64,000 nucleotides of DNA, from assembly GCF_006345805.1 (NCBI RefSeq), contig NC_043001.1, forward strand, positions 59,582,001 to 59,646,000, written 5' to 3'. Source of the DNA: Octopus sinensis (taxonomy: Eukaryota). The notes beneath the pieces are model-generated. The model was not told the DNA's origin. It did not search any database and worked only from the letters and a program-made list of their open reading frames with translations. The translations under genes were made by a program, and so were the position numbers. Within the stretch, counting starts at the first letter, position 1. Each line of letters begins with the position of its first letter. Positions 1-14,095 of the stretch are shown piece after piece.

Positions 1-3000
1 TTAGACACATAAGAAACCATTATTTCTCTACCGACTCTCAACAAATATAATTTATGATAGGCAGATTTTCTGATTACTATCAAATAAGTTATTTACTGCA
101 TATTTCATCGCACTTCTCTTGATATATGTCAGCATGGAAATATTACCTTATTATATACACATTAATAAGTTTTATTGCTAGAACTAATGCTTTAACATCT
201 TGGTTATAGGGACATATGTAACATCTGTACTGTATCTCAATAAGACATTACTATGTTTATTTCTCTTCGTAATCTCTATTTTATGGCTGGACACTGTGTC
301 CTTTGTCATGCGACGAACTAATTGCTGATTGACTACTAAATATTTCAATGGGAATTATACTATATTTGCTTGAAAAACACAATAAGTTCACATTATTTCC
401 ATCATAATGATGGTAATTACCGTATAAGTATAGATAAAACACGCTTTCGATGTTATCGCATTGCACAGTGAAAGAAAGAATACAGAAGAAGCAGCTAGAT
501 AGCCAGTATGAGACCGACTGCTTGCATTTCATGCTACCGTGGCAGCAAGGTAGCGGTCGTTTGAACAGTCAAATCTCGAATGTAATGGTCAATTCGCACA
601 AATTTCGAAAAGAAAATACATCATGATGCATAAAGTTTTCCTAATGCGACGGTCATGGATAGAAAATTCTTATTCATAGGTTTTCTCGGTCAAGCATATC
701 GACAATAACAACCATCAATCGCCTTTGACATCGTGGAGCTTCCTAGGCAGCCGGTAATAAAATCAGAAGGAAAAATTCACAGTAATAAAGTCATAATTTT
801 GGCTAGGAAAAATGTCACAATTAATTTATGGAATCAAGACAATACTCCACTCCGTACAAAACCTCTTTTGACTTCCTTTCCTGTGACTTTTTATATGTGA
901 CTTTTTAATTTTACCTGGATTCGAATCCTATATAGTCAATCGACAAGTTAGATGTAACAAACAAATACAACAAATCATCCTATTGTTTCTTTAAAAAAGG
1001 ATGCAGTGAATTGTATATTTCTCTATACACTGTGCTATGCCTGCTAAAAGAGACAGGGTGTCCAATACTGGAATAAATTTGTTCGATCGATGTTGACTGA
1101 ACAGAAAAAAGAAGACTTGTTTTAATATATTGATTATGAGACTGGCGTACTGTATTCTGCGTAAATGCGCGACAGCTATACCAAGAAGATGGTCGCTAGA
1201 ACTGCAAGCAATAGCATTCATAATTTCTGCAAATCACAATCCCGTCATCGAAAGGGAATGGATACAGTGGAGAAACTGGTCCTGGCTATATATTGCATCT
1301 AAGTTGGGGTGTTCAATGCATGAATTCGCATAATTCTATGTTTACTCAATTATGATTGACGTAGTGCGACAACAAGATTCCCTTTACGATTTCCAATAAA
1401 AAAAAAAATCATCATTATTTTATCGCTATCAACAAGTAGTGCTGAGTTATTAAGAATCTTGGTTCTTCAGTATGACCTTATTGCGTTGCATATTTAGGGA
1501 TGCGTCTACTCTCATAATATGTGATTGATCAGAGTTCTCTGAATAGAATTTTCCAGATAAAGAATCTGGGGAATCCCATATTTAGAGCATTCATTTTCAT
1601 GTGTGATAAACTTCATCATTCAAGGTGGTGCTCCAGTATGGCTGTCGTCAAGTGATTGAAACAAGTAAAAGAATTCGTTCTCTTTAATGCCACTATTTGG
1701 CTCATGATTGCATTTAGCACTCGGGCCCGTTTCCAAGCCTGGCGTGTGACATGATTCCTTCTCCCCTCGTACGACACTCCGAGCTGAATTACTAGAAAAG
1801 CCGTGATTAATGTCCTTCCTTCTCTGAACAGGGAACAAAATTTTTTTTAAAACAAGCTTAATATTCAAATTAGAAATCTTCATTAGTAGCAATACAAGAA
1901 GTGTAATTTTCGAAATGTCACAGTCGATTCATGTTAAATTTACATCACACAGCCGTAATGTGATAAAATGGGCAATTGACGATTCAAAAAATAGGCAAAT
2001 TATAAATGACAACACTACAATTAACACACAATTAAGATAGTTTCCTTTAATGTCATGTTGTCATGACATCATTCGAAAAATGTTAAAGGAATATATGAAA
2101 AGATATCATAACCAAAGGAAGCGAAAACCTTTTCCATTATTTTTTCTTTCAGTTATTTTATTCTCCTGGCATTAAGATCTTTCCACATTTGACGAGAAAT
2201 TTCCGTAAAACACTTAATCCTGTAAAGTGATACTCCAAGTGAAAAGATGTCATTAACATAATTAATATTATCATAAAATTGAATCTGTGTTAAGGAAATT
2301 ATTAGAACATTCACATGATAAAATGTTAACCGAATGTTATTTCATTTGCTGGTTTGTTACGGTAAATGTTAAACACACAGAACAAAAGGCAAACGATTTC
2401 ACTTCTATTTTCGAACCCTTGTTCTATCTCTCCTTTTCTCTCCCTTCCTCTTTCCATCTCCCTCTCAACTCTCTTTCGTTCCCCTCCCTTTTCACTCACT
2501 CTCTCTCTTTCTCTCTCTCTCTCATTCGCTTGTTCATTCGTTCATATGTAAAATATGTACATATCCTATCACGAACTTAGCATTTTAAAATAAGTATACA
2601 AAGATTATGTTTGAAACAGCTTGAGTATCAGAAGCAGCTCACGCTTGCCTTATTAATGTTTCATGGAAATCTTTTTCAAATTGACAGGAATAAGGAGTAA
2701 ATCATTTAAATAATAAAAATGTCATCGACATGAAACACCAAGTTTTATATGTCAATCTCATATTTTAGATATCCTAGGGTAATCTAATTCTATTTATTGT
2801 GTGGTAAAAAAATTTATAAGGGAAAAGAAAGTAGAGATGAGAAACTTAATAATGTAATTCTATTCAGTGATGTTTCTCTAGACAAAAAGAAAAGGATTGT
2901 ATAAATACGATAACTTTTTCTAATGAAATATGTAGAAATGTAAATATCTACTAGATTTTTCAACGCTACATGGGTCCATGTTAAAAATGAAAATAAAATT

Positions 3001-3764
3001 TTCTGATTATTTTGGCCTTATTCTCTACTAAAATCTATACATAAACGTACAGAAAATTTCTCCGAAAATAAACAATGAAAATCTGGTAAATTTGAACAGA
3101 AAATTCATTTCACATCACTGTTCATAACACACATTATACGCTATATTCAAATTCTTTTTCGAATTTTTTTCTCACTATTGAATGGTTTAGAATGACAAAT
3201 TTTACATTATAAACAGATATTTTATCAGCAGTCATATGAATACCAGGGGCTTCCTTGTTGAAATTCAATCTAAAGTCTTGAAACCAACAAAATGTCAGTC
3301 AATTTCTAGCATTATATTTTTGTTTGGTGCCGTGGCTTTTTATTCCACAGCCACCAATTTGAATCCAATTTCCAGCAAATATAACTACGACTTATGAAGG
3401 TCTTAATATGATATTTTTAAAATGACAGATACTTTCAAAAATATGTTGACATACCTAAGCTGCTGCTGCATTGAAAATGAGTCCGTATATAAAGTAATTA
3501 TATGGTGTAACGAATGGTATTCATTAGCAGCTTATTAGTTATTATCATTTTCAATAGGTTTCTATGCCCTCGGTTGCAAAGATTTACTTCATATCTCCTT
3601 AATGGGATACGAAAAATGAATAAATATTGCATGATGGCAATTTATGATATCACTTACTATAATACTGTAGAACATTTGTCGATTTAAAAATATTAGTTTA
3701 TCTCTTCCTTCTTTCTCGTTAACTATCTTTCGCTTTGCTTCCCTCTTTCCCTTACACAACTGCT

Positions 3765-3773
3765 TTATATATA

Positions 3774-3841
<68 letters not shown>

Positions 3842-3924
3842 ATATGTCCAAATTCCAACATGGTTCCTGGCTGAGTCCCACTGCGTGGCACCTTGGGCAA
3901 GTATCTTCTACTATAGCCGCGGGA

Positions 3925-4006
<82 letters not shown>

Positions 4007-4080
4007 AGTATGTATGTATGTATGTATGTATGTATGTATGTATGTATGTATGTATGTATGTATGTGTGTGTGTGTGATAT
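3765..4080. repeat. Compound (TA)n / (TATG)n / (TG)n microsatellite interrupted by a SINE head
   Basis: Direct reading. Further (TA)n, (TG)n or (GA)n tracts occur at about 5207, 6612, 8153, 9665, 30295, 32393, 34357, 36095, 37277, 55916 and 57590. Confidence 0.97.
3844..3928 (+). mobile_element. SINE 5' fragment between (TA)n tracts
   Basis: catggttcctggctgagtcccactgcgtggcaccttgggcaagtatcttctactatagcc is homologous to the SINE head at about 62.8 kb. Confidence 0.75.
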
Positions 4081-4517
4081 AGCTATAGATGTGTACGTAC
4101 ATATATAACGGGGACGAAAAACGATAAGATTGGAATAAGTTGAATAAGCGGCGATTTATTCTGAGTTTCCCTGCAGTTTTGATTCATAAGTTTTTTCTTT
4201 CTCTTCCAGGTTATTTCACGTGGTTTCGACGAATATGACATCGAAATCACGCGTAAACGGTTCCTTTCCTCAGAGAACATAAGATTTGGCTGCTATTTCT
4301 TGCACGCCTTACTGCCACGTAACAGGTATTCCGGATCCTTTATCGCACTAATATCTCGACAACCATTTGTCCGATTTACACGAAATTTGTTTCATTTCGT
4401 TCGTATCTACATTTCAGGGATGGGTAATTAATAGTAATTTCCCATTATGCGCAGGCTGGCTGTGTAACATAACAAGCAAACAAGCAAGATTCAAGCTGAC
4501 TTTTAATATATTATAGA

Positions 4518-4615
4518 TACACGAGGAGTTGCTGAAAAGTTCTTGGCTTTAAGGATATCTCGAAAGCACTGGCTGGAGGCCCAACTTTCCAAATTCTTTT
4601 ACACGACTTAGAAAT
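4518..4615. mobile_element. Partial copy of the same mariner MITE family
   Basis: gaggagttgctgaaaagttcttggctttaagg...ggctggaggcccaac aligns to the reverse complement of 14225-14314. Confidence 0.7.
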
Positions 4616-4673
4616 CCTACTCTGTCTCTACTCTGTGTCTTCTTGAACTTTTATAACCCGCTATTTTGCTAGT

Positions 4674-4995
4674 TGCAAATCAGTGACCGATGGTCATTTT
4701 ATATACAATATACCGCTCGCAGAAGCTGATCTTAGCTACACTCCACTGCACGGGCGCGTTCGCCTGGCGTGAGACAAATAGCTCGAAACCAGCCGGTCCC
4801 GCGATCCTGTCAGCTGTTGGAGGTTAGCAGTGGTTCGCTCCCCCTGCAAATCAGTGACTGATGCTCACTTTGCTTACAATATATCGCTGGCAGAAGCGGA
4901 TCTTAGCTATACTCAACTGCGCAGGTGTGCACCTAACGTGAGTCAAATAGCTCGAAACCAGCCGGTCCCGCGATCCTGTCAGCTGTTGGAAGGTA
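4674..4995 (+). repeat. Two diverged tandem units of ~170 bp
   Basis: tgcaaatcagtgac starts at 4674 and 4845. A shared block aaatagctcgaaaccagccggtcccgcgatcctgtcagctgttgg is identical in both units. Confidence 0.9.
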
Positions 4996-5224
4996 TTAGG
5001 GTTTTGCTCTACGTGCTAGCGACATATTGTACATAAAAGGTGCATAGCTTGCACAGAAAACCAGCCAGCAGAGAATACGTCTGTGGTTAAACTAGTAGTA
5101 ACTTTCATCTGCTACTTTGATGTGGCTTACTTGCTTTAATGTTTAGTATACGCTATTCCTCTATCTCTTCTGAAGATTCTATAACCAGCTATTTTGCTTA
5201 TTTTTATGTGTGTGTGTGTGTGTA

Positions 5225-5293
<69 letters not shown>

Positions 5294-6610
5294 TCATAAT
5301 AAAGTCAAAACAAACAGTGATATTTTGAAAACATTTCATAGATGTATTTCAAGTTTACATTATATATCATAGGAAATGCATCCATTACATAAGACCTTCC
5401 ATAGTTAAGCAATTGCAAAATACGAAACCGTTTATGGAAACGTATCGATGTATATTGTCAGAGCAGTATGTCGGTTACTCTTTAAGAGGATGAATATGTA
5501 TGAAGTAGTAATGGTCATTTGACCCCATAAAAGCAAGTCACTGAACACATAATTAGGAAAATTGAATGAATAAGGTTCAATAATTTCAGCCCGGAATTAA
5601 CAATTATTCTAACTTCAACAATGTAAGTTTCATTGATGTAACCGACATCTTATATACAAATAATGATAAACTGTAGAGCAAATGAAATTAAATGATTAAA
5701 TATTTTAATACAGATGTAGTTCATTCGCTAATAATTGCGAACTTGTAGTCATTTTGAACGTGAGTGTTATCTCTAGGTTGTCGTCAATTTCAGAATCATT
5801 CCATAACCTGATACTATAATGCTTATTTCGAAGCGTTAAATCTATCATGGCAAAATATTTCTTAGCTTTATTAATTCATTATTTATACCGCTAAAAATTA
5901 TTTGCGCAATAGAAATTCATTTAAGCTAAGTTTCAAATTTTCGGCATTAGTAGTAGCTACAGGTAGCAACCTACGCTCTTTTAAAATGTGAATACTACAT
6001 TTTATAATTGAGACTTAACTGTGCAAAAACGCTCTCAGCTCAACCTTTATTATATATCGTCTCAAATTGTATCAACCAGGGCTATGCAAAACTATTTAAA
6101 TGCTACTATTCAGATGAAAACTTTAGAGGTAAACTTATGCAAAAATAATTAACGACCATACAAACTTCAACATTATAAATATATATAGTAAAAATGAGAA
6201 CTTTTCAATAAATGTATGAATTTTTATACAAGAATTTTGGTAAATTTCCAAACCGAGTTTAAAGGAATATATTGTTCTGGCGGGTACCGTAATTACTCTC
6301 AAATCGGTTTCAAATTCCGGCTAATCACAACGGTCCGTATGTGTACTCGAGCAAACAATGAGTTGTAAGGCTCTGGTACTCACTCGCGTTGGGTAATACC
6401 GTGTGTCTTGTTCAGGACTACATGTGTTCCGTAGATTAGGAAAATGAGGAGTTTTCACATACAGTTTGACAGATATTTACGGCATATTCTCCGGACCTAC
6501 AGGTGTTTCAACTGCAGTGACTGCACATTGTTGGGTGTGCAACTTTGCACCATCGTCGGTGCAGATTCCTCAGTGTTTAGATCGTTTTTAAGTAAACTCA
6601 TTTGTTATAA

Positions 6611-6680
<70 letters not shown>

Positions 6681-6684
<4 letters not shown>

Positions 6685-8152
6685 TATTTAGGCAGCAAAT
6701 TTTTCATCGCTTCATAAATACACGATATTTTTAACACGTTCTTTTGCATTTCATCTTATAGCTCTGCTTACATTTTCCAGTGTTGACATTCAAGACTCCA
6801 TGTTCCACGTCTTGCCATCGATCTACTGAATTAATATTTCATTGCTTTTAGCAAGGTAAATCTAATTTTTGTTATTTTCCTTTTCAACATACGTAGTAAA
6901 ATAACATATATACATTGTTATTCGAAACTATTTAACCGGGCTTCACAATAAATGTATGTTTCTCGGAAGAGGGGCTGAGGGCTTTAACGACGTTTAATGG
7001 GTGACAGTTTTAGTGAAGTATATCAATTTAACTTGAAATTTTCGAATATTTTTGAAATTAATTTTAAAACTGTTCAAATGACGACGGCAGTCCTGATCCA
7101 TCCGACACACATCATCAATGAGAAAGCTCTCTATATGGTCGCCCAGCATGCTAGAAATAGCAGCCAAATCTAATTTAAATCACACCTTACTGGAAGACAT
7201 TAGATGAAGTGGTGAAGACTCACCTTAAAATTTTGATTTTAATGGATGACAAAGGAGCCGGATCACTTGTAATATGAAGTTCTCAAAAGGATTCAGCCTA
7301 CTCAGCAAGTCTAACATCTGGTAGTGCTGTGTTTCTAGGTTCTCCACCCACCTTTACAGTGATTCTCTCTCCTCATATATTATGTCTCCTCTCCACTACC
7401 AGGAGCAGTGTGCACACTGCCCGCCCCTTCTTCTATCTCCTTCTTTCATCCCTAGCTCTCGGCTCAACCCTACTCATTTTGGTAGTCTGTTGATACCACC
7501 ACCATCACTTATTCACCCTCCCACACATCCTTGCAAACCATCCACTGTTTTATGAGAGCCACTTGGGTACCTTAACACCATTATTCATTCCTTGCAGCTC
7601 CTGCCGATCTCCACCACCCCTTTTATTATTATGATAAATTTCAGTAACCATACAGATCCTTCTGCAAGGACCTCTCATAGTACTCGTTGCATGAAGCTAA
7701 CCTCTGTTGTTCATCAAACCCAGGGTTCAGAGTACCACAAAATGCATAACAACACAGTTGCGCCAGGGGAATGACAAAAGCACCCGGTGCAAACTGTAAA
7801 ATGATTAGCTTTAGGAAGAGCATCTAGCTGTAAAAGCCATGCAAAAACAGACATTGGCACTCAAAGCACTCCTTGGGCACATCAGTTTCAGTCAAACCAC
7901 CCAACCGATGCCAGCATGGAACGTGTACGTTAAGTGATAATGATGAACCAAAAAAGATCTCTTCTCGGTAGCATGAATGTGTTGCTGTAATAGTATTGAA
8001 ATAATATGATAGCTAGAACATTAAAGAATGTAGTGATTTCAGAAAAAAATTGATGCGATTTAAGATTTTTAAAAAATGGCTCGTAAGTTTTTGAAGGTTT
8101 TTCCTACTTATTGAAACTGATTACAGTTACAGGGTATTCAGCTGCAGCTGGG

Positions 8153-8188
<36 letters not shown>

Positions 8189-9662
8189 ATATACATTATT
8201 TAGGCAGCAAATTTTTCATCGCTTCATAAATACACGATATTTTTAACACGTTCTTTTGCATTTCATCTTATAGCTCTGCTTACATTTTCCAGTGTTGACA
8301 TTCAAGACTCCATGTTCCACGTCTTGCCATCGATCTACTGAATTAATATTTCATTGCTTTTAGCAAGGTAAATCTAATTTTTGTTATTTTCCTTTTCAAC
8401 ATACGTAGTAAAATAACATATATACATTGTTATTCGAAACTATTTAACCGGGCTTCACAATAAATGTATGTTTCTCGGAAGAGGGGCTGAGGGCTTTAAC
8501 GACGTTTAATGGGTGACAGTTTTAGTGAAGTATATCAATTTAACTTGAAATTTTCGAATATTTTTGAAATTAATTTTAAAACTGTTCAAATGACGACGGC
8601 AGTCCTGATCCATCCGACACACATCATCAATGAGAAAGCTCTCTATATGGTCGCCCAGCATGCTAGAAATAGCAGCCAAATCTAATTTAAATCACACCTT
8701 ACTGGAAGACATTAGATGAAGTGGTGAAGACTCACCTTAAAATTTTGATTTTAATGGATGACAAAGGAGCCGGATCACTTGTAATATGAAGTTCTCAAAA
8801 GGATTCAGCCTACTCAGCAAGTCTAACATCTGGTAGTGCTGTGTTTCTAGGTTCTCCACCCACCTTTACAGTGATTCTCTCTCCTCATATATTATGTCTC
8901 CTCTCCACTACCAGGAGCAGTGTGCACACTGCCCGCCCCTTCTTCTATCTCCTTCTTTCATCCCTAGCTCTCGGCTCAACCCTACTCATTTTGGTAGTCT
9001 GTTGATACCACCACCATCACTTATTCACCCTCCCACACATCCTTGCAAACCATCCACTGTTTTATGAGAGCCACTTGGGTACCTTAACACCATTATTCAT
9101 TCCTTGCAGCTCCTGCCGATCTCCACCACCCCTTTTATTATTATGATAAATTTCAGTAACCATACAGATCCTTCTGCAAGGACCTCTCATAGTACTCGTT
9201 GCATGAAGCTAACCTCTGTTGTTCATCAAACCCAGGGTTCAGAGTACCACAAAATGCATAACAACACAGTTGCGCCAGGGGAATGACAAAAGCACCCGGT
9301 GCAAACTGTAAAATGATTAGCTTTAGGAAGAGCATCTAGCTGTAAAAGCCATGCAAAAACAGACATTGGCACTCAAAGCACTCCTTGGGCACATCAGTTT
9401 CAGTCAAACCACCCAACCGATGCCAGCATGGAACGTGTACGTTAAGTGATAATGATGAACCAAAAAAGATCTCTTCTCGGTAGCATGAATGTGTTGCTGT
9501 AATAGTATTGAAATAATATGATAGCTAGAACATTAAAGAATGTAGTGATTTCAGAAAAAAATTGATGCGATTTAAGATTTTTAAAAAATGGCTCGTAAGT
9601 TTTTGAAGGTTTTTCCTACTTATTGAAACTGATTACAGTTACAGGGTATTCAGCTGCAGCTG

Positions 9663-9664
<2 letters not shown>
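6681..9664. repeat. Tandem duplication, period 1512 bp (6681-8152 / 8193-9664)
   Basis: The copies are identical by eye, the ORF track is duplicated at an offset of 1512, and each junction is an (AT)n tract. Confidence 0.97.
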
Positions 9665-9709
<45 letters not shown>

Positions 9710-11761
9710 CATTCAAAATGCACAAGTATATTTTAATATTTACTGAGAGAATTCTTTCAGTTTTAATTTTTTAACAATAATGCTAATGAATATGACATGT
9801 GTTTAAAGAAAATGTGGACCCACTTTTCTAATAACTTAATAGGTTTAAAATTGCAGCTGTTCTCCCAGTATATGCTTATGTCTCCTTCCCATTTGAAATG
9901 TGAAAATTATAATTCATTTATTTCATGCAGTGGTGGAGTTTTTTTCCACATTCTGAATATTGAATGTGGTTTTGTTTTGTTTGAATTGAAGGGTAAACTG
10001 TAATTTTAAATGCAAAAAAAAAAAAATGAATACCATCACTTCAATTAAGAATCAAAAATGTACAGCTATATTTCTCTTAATTGTAATTAGTTTCTGACAG
10101 AAAAAAAAAAATTCTCAAATTTTTCCCCAAAAGCTTTTATATTTTCTCTAAATATGTTCTAGGAAACTACTTCCATTATAATTCAAGAGTGTGAAATAAT
10201 ATTCACTCAAAGGTGTAAAAATGGAAATATAATTGAAAAGAGACAGCTTTACAATAAACAATGACATACACACCATTCATCAATTACTACTGAACAAGGA
10301 TTAAAATTACAGCATGATGATAGAATAAGGCAGGTTTCGATTTAGGAAATTTTAAGAAGCACAGACACAACGAGCAAGCAGCAAATGAATAGACTTTGTG
10401 AGGAAAAGATCAGAAAATTGACAACTTTAAAGATGACATTGAAATAAGCTACATGGAGAAAAAAGAATGAGAAATGTTGTAAATGTGGTGCATTCATAAG
10501 AATAAATGGAAGAATTTCCACTTTGTTCAATTTTTGTTGTGGGGAGAGTTAGGTTTCACTTATGCCCATCTCACAGCCACCAGCTCAGCTTAAAGAACTC
10601 TTAACTTCGACTACTGAAGGTGTCCTATTTAGGTCTAATATCAGGGCTCATAAGATTTCACATCATCTGATGTAACAGGCACTAAAAACAAAACTTACAA
10701 TCAATTAGGTATTTATATATATGCAAGATATAGTCGGGTCTTCTATCAATTCCTTCACATTTACTTGTCTCCCCAGATAAGGAGCCATAATAAGGAGCTA
10801 TATTTACAATACAGAGTATCAACTACATCACTGAATGACATTAGTCAAAAGAGTAGATATATACTTGATGATATCATTATAAGTTATGATGCTATGACAT
10901 AATGAATTGGCAACTCTCTTTCAAAATATCAGTGTAGAATATTTAGACATTGTAAATACACAAGATTTTTCAAAGGTTGTTCTAGAAGAGAAACATATTT
11001 CTATATAACCAAACATGCAATTTTCCAGATGTGAATATGGAAACAGTACAACGACAAAGACTTCTAACTCTGAGTAAAAGGTCATGATCCAATTCCTTTG
11101 TCATCCTTTAAACTCAGAATCCTGAGGTCAGCCTTCACCACTACAAGAAGACAAAATCAATCAAAGTTCACATCAGGATGACCCTTAAGAATTCAATACA
11201 GAGCACTTAAGTACCTCAAATATTTCAGGCTTTCCATTACAATATTAATGCAATAATGCTGTAATTAATCTCTTATGTACAAATTGACCAAACTAATGGC
11301 ATGAGTAATATTACACATTTAGATTAAGACATTCAACAGAAAGTCATTAAGGTAAAAATTACAACTAAAAGTCCACAACAAAGAACTCTTATACCAAGAG
11401 TTACCCTTTTTTCAGTGGGTGAAGGGTTACTATTTATATGAATTACACCACAGCTTTGTATTAAATTAGCAATGGCAATGACAATTAATAAATAACAAGG
11501 ATAAAATTTGAAATAATAGCATTATATTTACCTAGGCCCATATTCAAACATGTAAAACTATGTTGACTTCTCAAGAGTGTCCAGAACATATATATGTATG
11601 AGAAACCTATTGAGAAATGAGAAACAAATGAGAAACCTATTGCAAAGAATGTTGTTTACAAGAAAGTTCTCATTTAGAAAGTCTTCTGACAATGCAAACA
11701 ATACAAATTCCAACTGTAAGCAACAGCAGACAGTATTTATCAACACATCAGATTTGGCATT

Positions 11762-12389
11762 ATCATCATCATCATCATCATCATTTAACGTCCGCTTTCC
11801 ATGCTAGCATGGGTTGGACGGTTCAACTGGTGTCTGGGGAGCCCGAAGGCTGCACCAGGCCAGTCAGATCTGGCAGTGTTTCTACAGCTGGATGCCCTTC
11901 CTAACGCCAACCACTCCGAGAGTGTAGTGGGTGATTTTATGTGCCACCGACACAGGTGCCAGACGAGGCTGGCGAACGGCCACGCTTGGATGGTGTTTTT
12001 ATGTGCCACCGACACAGGTGCCAGACAAGGCTGGCAGACGACCACGCTCGGATGGTGTTTTTTTTTTTATGTGCCACCGACACAGGTGCCAGACAAGGCT
12101 GGCAGACGACCACGCTCGGATGGTGTTTTTATGTGCCACCGACACAGGTGCCAGACGAGGCTGGCGAACGGCCACGCTCGGATGGTGTTTTTATGTGCCA
12201 CCGACACAGGTGCCAGACAAGGCTAGCAGACGACCATGCTCGGATGGTGTTTTTTATGTGCCACCGACACAGGTGCCAGACGAGGCTGGCGAACGGCCAC
12301 GCTCGGATGGTGTTTTTTATGTGCCACCGACACAGGTGCCAGACAAGGCTAGCAGACGACCACGCTCGGATGGTGTTTTTATGTGCCAC
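11762..12389 (-). mobile_element. SINE with RTE-like (GAT)n tail and an internal 62-bp tandem array
   Basis: The tail end ggcgttaggaagggcatccagc...catgctagcatggaaagcggacgttaaatgatgatgat is well preserved. Seven full and one partial repeat lie at 11939-12389. Confidence 0.85.
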
Positions 12390-14095
12390 TTATATATATA
12401 CAAATTATAAAATATGGAAGCAACAAAATAATCATATAAAAAGAGTGGAAATTTGAAAGTAGTGTAGCTTAATGTAAGCTGTTATAATACAAGTTCAGCA
12501 AGACATGTTAGGTTTATAAACTTCTGGAGACAGGAAAAAGGTAATATTCACCAGCGAGAATCGAACTTGCATGTGCTGTTTCCTGAACTAGTCAATATAT
12601 TACAAATTCACAAACATTAATACCATCCTAATATTAAAATACAAATGCAGCTAAAGGATTAGAACATCAATTACCATGAATTAAAAATTTCATCATGCAG
12701 TATATATATTCTTCATTCATTGTCTCATTAATTTCATATTTTACTTCATTTCCACTAATTTAAACTTGTATATCTTTGTATATCTTCTTTTACATAACAA
12801 CATCAATAGAGATTACAGCCTAAGCAACAGAAATTATTATTTTTGTACACATCATCAGTGAAAAGGAGTTCATCATTCATTTTTATTTTCTATTTCAAAA
12901 ATTACTTTGCCCTTCTTTATTATTCTATAAAATTAACTACCCACAACTTGAAATTCAGAATACAAACTGAGGGACATGGTATTTATTAATTTAATGTGAA
13001 TTCTGCCATACATTTGTAGCAGAAAGGATTTGGGCATCAAGTACCATGGATTTTATCATTCAGTAATTGTTATTCATTTCCTCCACATCAATTTTAATTT
13101 TAAATATGTTTTCTTCATTCATCATTTTATACTTAACACTCTGCAACCAATATTGTCACTTTTCCATCTGTGCTTATAAATTACCCTTCAGGTAATGCCT
13201 AACATTAAAAACAAAACAATCAAGAAACTTTCAAGGACAACTATTGTTTCAAGGAAGTTTTCATTTGCTAATTATGTAGACCACTAACCAAATAATACAG
13301 TGTTAAAACTATAGTCAACAACAATCTTCTAGTAAATAATGGAAGATTACAGATATTTTCAATCTAAACCTTTTCCATTCATTGCCCATTTATTCATGTT
13401 TCTGCTCCTTAAAATACTAACAACTTCCTAAGGTATGAAAATGGATGCCATATATATCACACAGTTTTGAAAATCATTTCCTTCTTCTCTACTACACAGT
13501 AACTATTAGAGGATATTTCCCTCCCTCTGTCCCACTAATCATGGAGGGCCTGTAAACTGACATAAGTATTTGTCTCCTGATTGAAAAGATAAACAACATA
13601 TCATCTTTATTAACAGCTGTCAATTCATTCAGTAGTCATTTATTTGTGATTTCTGTGCTTAATTTGGAAATTTCAATTTTCCCACAACATTGGAAATGCA
13701 CCCTTTCTTTCAGCTGTGAGATATTATAATAATAAGAAAAAACATTTAGAATTTACACATAACTTGTAATTGTGGATATCCCATGACTTACAAATCAGAA
13801 GTAGGAAACATTTATACATATTTATTAATTGATGGTAGTTTCTGTTTTGACATTCTACACACAGACATCATTATTCTTTACACAATCTATCATGTCTAAT
13901 GATGTTATTTAGTGTGGATTATCAAATCTGTATATCATTGAACCCTTAGATGCAGCAGCAAATGCTACTTTCCTACACATCAGCATTGATGGGACATTGT
14001 AGATTTCCACTATTTGATAAATATTCTGCATTCCTTGTTAATCTTCATTTACTTTTGTATTTATTCTCTTGATAGTGACTCATACATTCATATCT

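Noticed and set aside
3589-4102. YI/IY/CV-rich ORFs here and at other microsatellites
   Set aside because: They are translations of (TA)n, (TG)n, (ATCT)n and (TTC)n tracts.
4210-4275. Hairpin and minus-strand CTGAGGA...CGAAAC hammerhead-like motif
   Set aside because: Stem II does not close and there is no valid stem I or cleavage triplet.
11939-12389. Regularly spaced repeats resembling a CRISPR array
   Set aside because: The whole 62-bp unit is repeated with only 2-3 variants and no unique spacers. It lies inside a SINE in eukaryotic DNA with no cas genes.
11801-12456. 141-171 aa ORFs in several frames
   Set aside because: They are products of the stop-poor minisatellite and are open in most frames.
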